Source: the human T2T-CHM13v2.0 reference genome, Homo sapiens. Taken from it: 64,000 nt of DNA. A program made the translations under genes and the position numbers. The DNA lies in the NCBI RefSeq assembly GCF_009914755.1, contig NC_060926.1; one strand, 5' to 3'. Within the stretch, counting starts at the first letter, position 1; every line of letters begins with the position of its first letter. This document shows, one piece after another, positions 61,695-64,000 of this stretch. Below the pieces are notes generated by a model. That model saw nothing but the letters and a program-made list of their open reading frames with translations. It was not told the DNA's origin and did not search any database.

Positions 61695-63845
61695 AAAACT
61701 CGGATTGGCAATCATATACTTGTCTAGTATCTAAACCACAGGGCCAGATGAGTACCATCTAGCATGTCACTACGTGATTACGTGATTTCAATAGGAAACT
61801 TTAGCCTGACAAATTTCTTACACAGAACACACTTCCTTCCACCTATCCCCTTGCCCTCTCTGTCTCTCTAGTCTTTTATCAAGGAGGCAAGCTAAAGTCA
61901 TGAAGGTTTCACACAGCTGGTAGGACCTGGATTCAGCTTTGAACGATTCACAAAGGAGGATTTGGACTCTAAGGGAACAGTCAAGTTTAGAATACAATAA
62001 GACTCTACTTTAGGGCATGTACTCTATGAATGGAGGCCTTGAGAAAGTTAGGCTTATGTATGTGTATAATTTTCTGCAGTGCGTAGAGGGCACCTACCTG
62101 TTCTTTTTACCTCCCACGGAAACTATTGCAATGGCTGGCACAGTAAATACTTATTAAAGGTGTATTAAATATATTTAATAATACTTTATTATCTTATATT
62201 AAAAAGTTTATTAACCACTTTACATGTGTATCCCACTTCCCAACTAGATTATATGCTCCCTGTATTCTGGGGACAAGGTGTATGCCAATTTTGTAATCCA
62301 TAAAATCTACCACATGCTAAATTCAAAGGAGATACTCAATAAAACTCATTCTTAAAGACACTTGTGATCTTACAAACATCCCTTTAAAAAGTTGAGACAT
62401 CTTTCTGCTGAGCCTTAAGTTTAATTTTAATATCAGAGATTTTCCATAAATCTACCAAACCCCAGAAATGACTCCTCTTTTGATTCTGCAATTCTGGGCT
62501 TTCTTATCTTGGGCTGTGCTTAAAAATAAAATATCTAGTACATTTACCTAACAAGGCATTTGCCTAATTAATGCAAGTTAAATGGATTACAAAGAAGAAA
62601 AGTAGTTATCAAAAATCCTTTCCTGTAATTAGGGGATTATGATGCCTAGCAGGGGAAGGTGAAAAATGTATAGTACATAATGTAAATATACATATTTACA
62701 TTTATATATTATATAATTTAAAAAAGCATTGGTAAACTATTCTTAAATGTACAGGTTTACATTAACATAACCATACTCCTCAAAGGTCTGATATTTCCTT
62801 TAGAGTTATTATTTTAATGAACAGAACCCTCAAGAGAACTGCTCATAGATCAGTAACCACTGTAACTTTTTTTTTAATGAGAATAAGACCATTTTGGAGC
62901 TACAAAATGGAGACCACTGCTGAGAACAAAAATTAAGGAAAGTGATTACAGAGTATGATAAAAGTGATTACAGTATATGGATTTACTAACTTATAGGACC
63001 CAAATAGGAAACCTTCAATGAGAATACTTCTTCCGTCATCAGCTCATTCCTTTCTAGATATAGCACAGAATCAACAACTGATAATTTAAAGAAACTGGCA
63101 GTACTTTTAATCTCTTCACTTGTTACATCTTAGCTATACAGGAGACCAAGAATGGAATGTGATTCTCAAACAAAAATCACAAGATTATTAACTGGGAAAA
63201 AATCATAAAAGAAAGAGACTTCCATTATCATCAGCAGAACCCCCTTCACGTGGGATGTTATTCAGCAATGAATATTTCAAACTAAATATAGTGCATGTTG
63301 ATATGTGTGCATTTTCTGAATGCTATCTTCTAGAAAGAACAGTCAGAATATACCTGGGGGAAAAGGAAGCAAGATCTTCAAGACAGAAAAAGAAGTGGGG
63401 AGGGGAGGCAAAGGATAAAATGTAAAATTAAGGGGCTATTATATCCATGCACAGGGGCCTCACCCAGATTATCCCCCAAAATGCTAAATGGAAGTTACAA
63501 ATCAATTCTCTGAGTACTCACAAGACGATAAATCCAGTCATCTTGAATTTTTTCCAAATAGATACTAAAAAGCAGGATGCTATACTGATATTACAATACG
63601 TTCGTGGAAATGGGAAATCTTATTCTTTTCCATAAAGTCTTAGTTAACCTCTGAAATGAATGTTCTGAGTAGATAAACACTAGAATAACGTGCATTATTC
63701 TGAATTCATTTGTTTTATGTTCAAGATTTAGCCAGTTTTACTTCTAAATGACAGCTCCACCAAAGCTCATTTATACATTCCTCCAGCTTCCCCAATCTTC
63801 GAATTACTTCTTCTGCATATGTTTCTTAAAGGAATAGCTATGACC

Positions 63846-63893
63846 CCTCATATAAAATTCTATACTATTCCTCATATAAAATTGTATACTATT
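63846..63893. repeat. 24-bp tandem duplication (1 mismatch)
   Basis: cctcatataaaattctatactatt / cctcatataaaattgtatactatt. Confidence 0.95.
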
Positions 63894-64000
63894 CACCCAA
63901 GGAGACAGCTCTGTCCTAATCCATAAAAATGTATTAAATAGAACATATAAAGCATGATGGTGTGAATCTAATTGCCGCTTATGCTAGGAGGTTCAGAAAT

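Overview
AT-rich, CpG-poor, repeat-dense primate (very probably human) genomic DNA, mostly intron. Two minus-strand coding exons can be read with GT-AG boundaries: 49569-49709 (141 nt, phase 0/0) and 19387-19505 (119 nt, phase 0/2; missed by the ORF track). They splice in frame across a 30,063-nt intron to give a K/E/R-rich coiled-coil peptide that I recognise from memory as CCDC148. The rest is transposable-element debris: a full-length but inactivated L1PA4-like element with a 16-bp TSD, an internally deleted L1PA7-like element with an AluY at the breakpoint, a 5'-truncated L1PA13-like element carrying a THE1 LTR, six Alus, an ERVL pol remnant with its LTR16-type LTR, MaLR/ERVL solo LTRs, MER5/MER58/MADE2 DNA elements, L2/MIR fragments and microsatellites. 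I see no prokaryotic-type system, CRISPR array or RNA gene, and I cannot demonstrate a new biological system. The best leads are: (1) the L1 antisense promoter points at the 119-nt exon and has phase-0 donors with in-frame ATGs, suggesting an L1-driven truncated isoform; (2) splicing assembles an A10-T-A7 poly(A) track and an AATAAA at the exon junction; (3) a ~3.1-kb Alu-associated L1 deletion; (4) candidate plus-strand (antisense lncRNA) exons. Repeat subfamily calls come from remembered consensus sequences, and the boundaries of old repeats are approximate.
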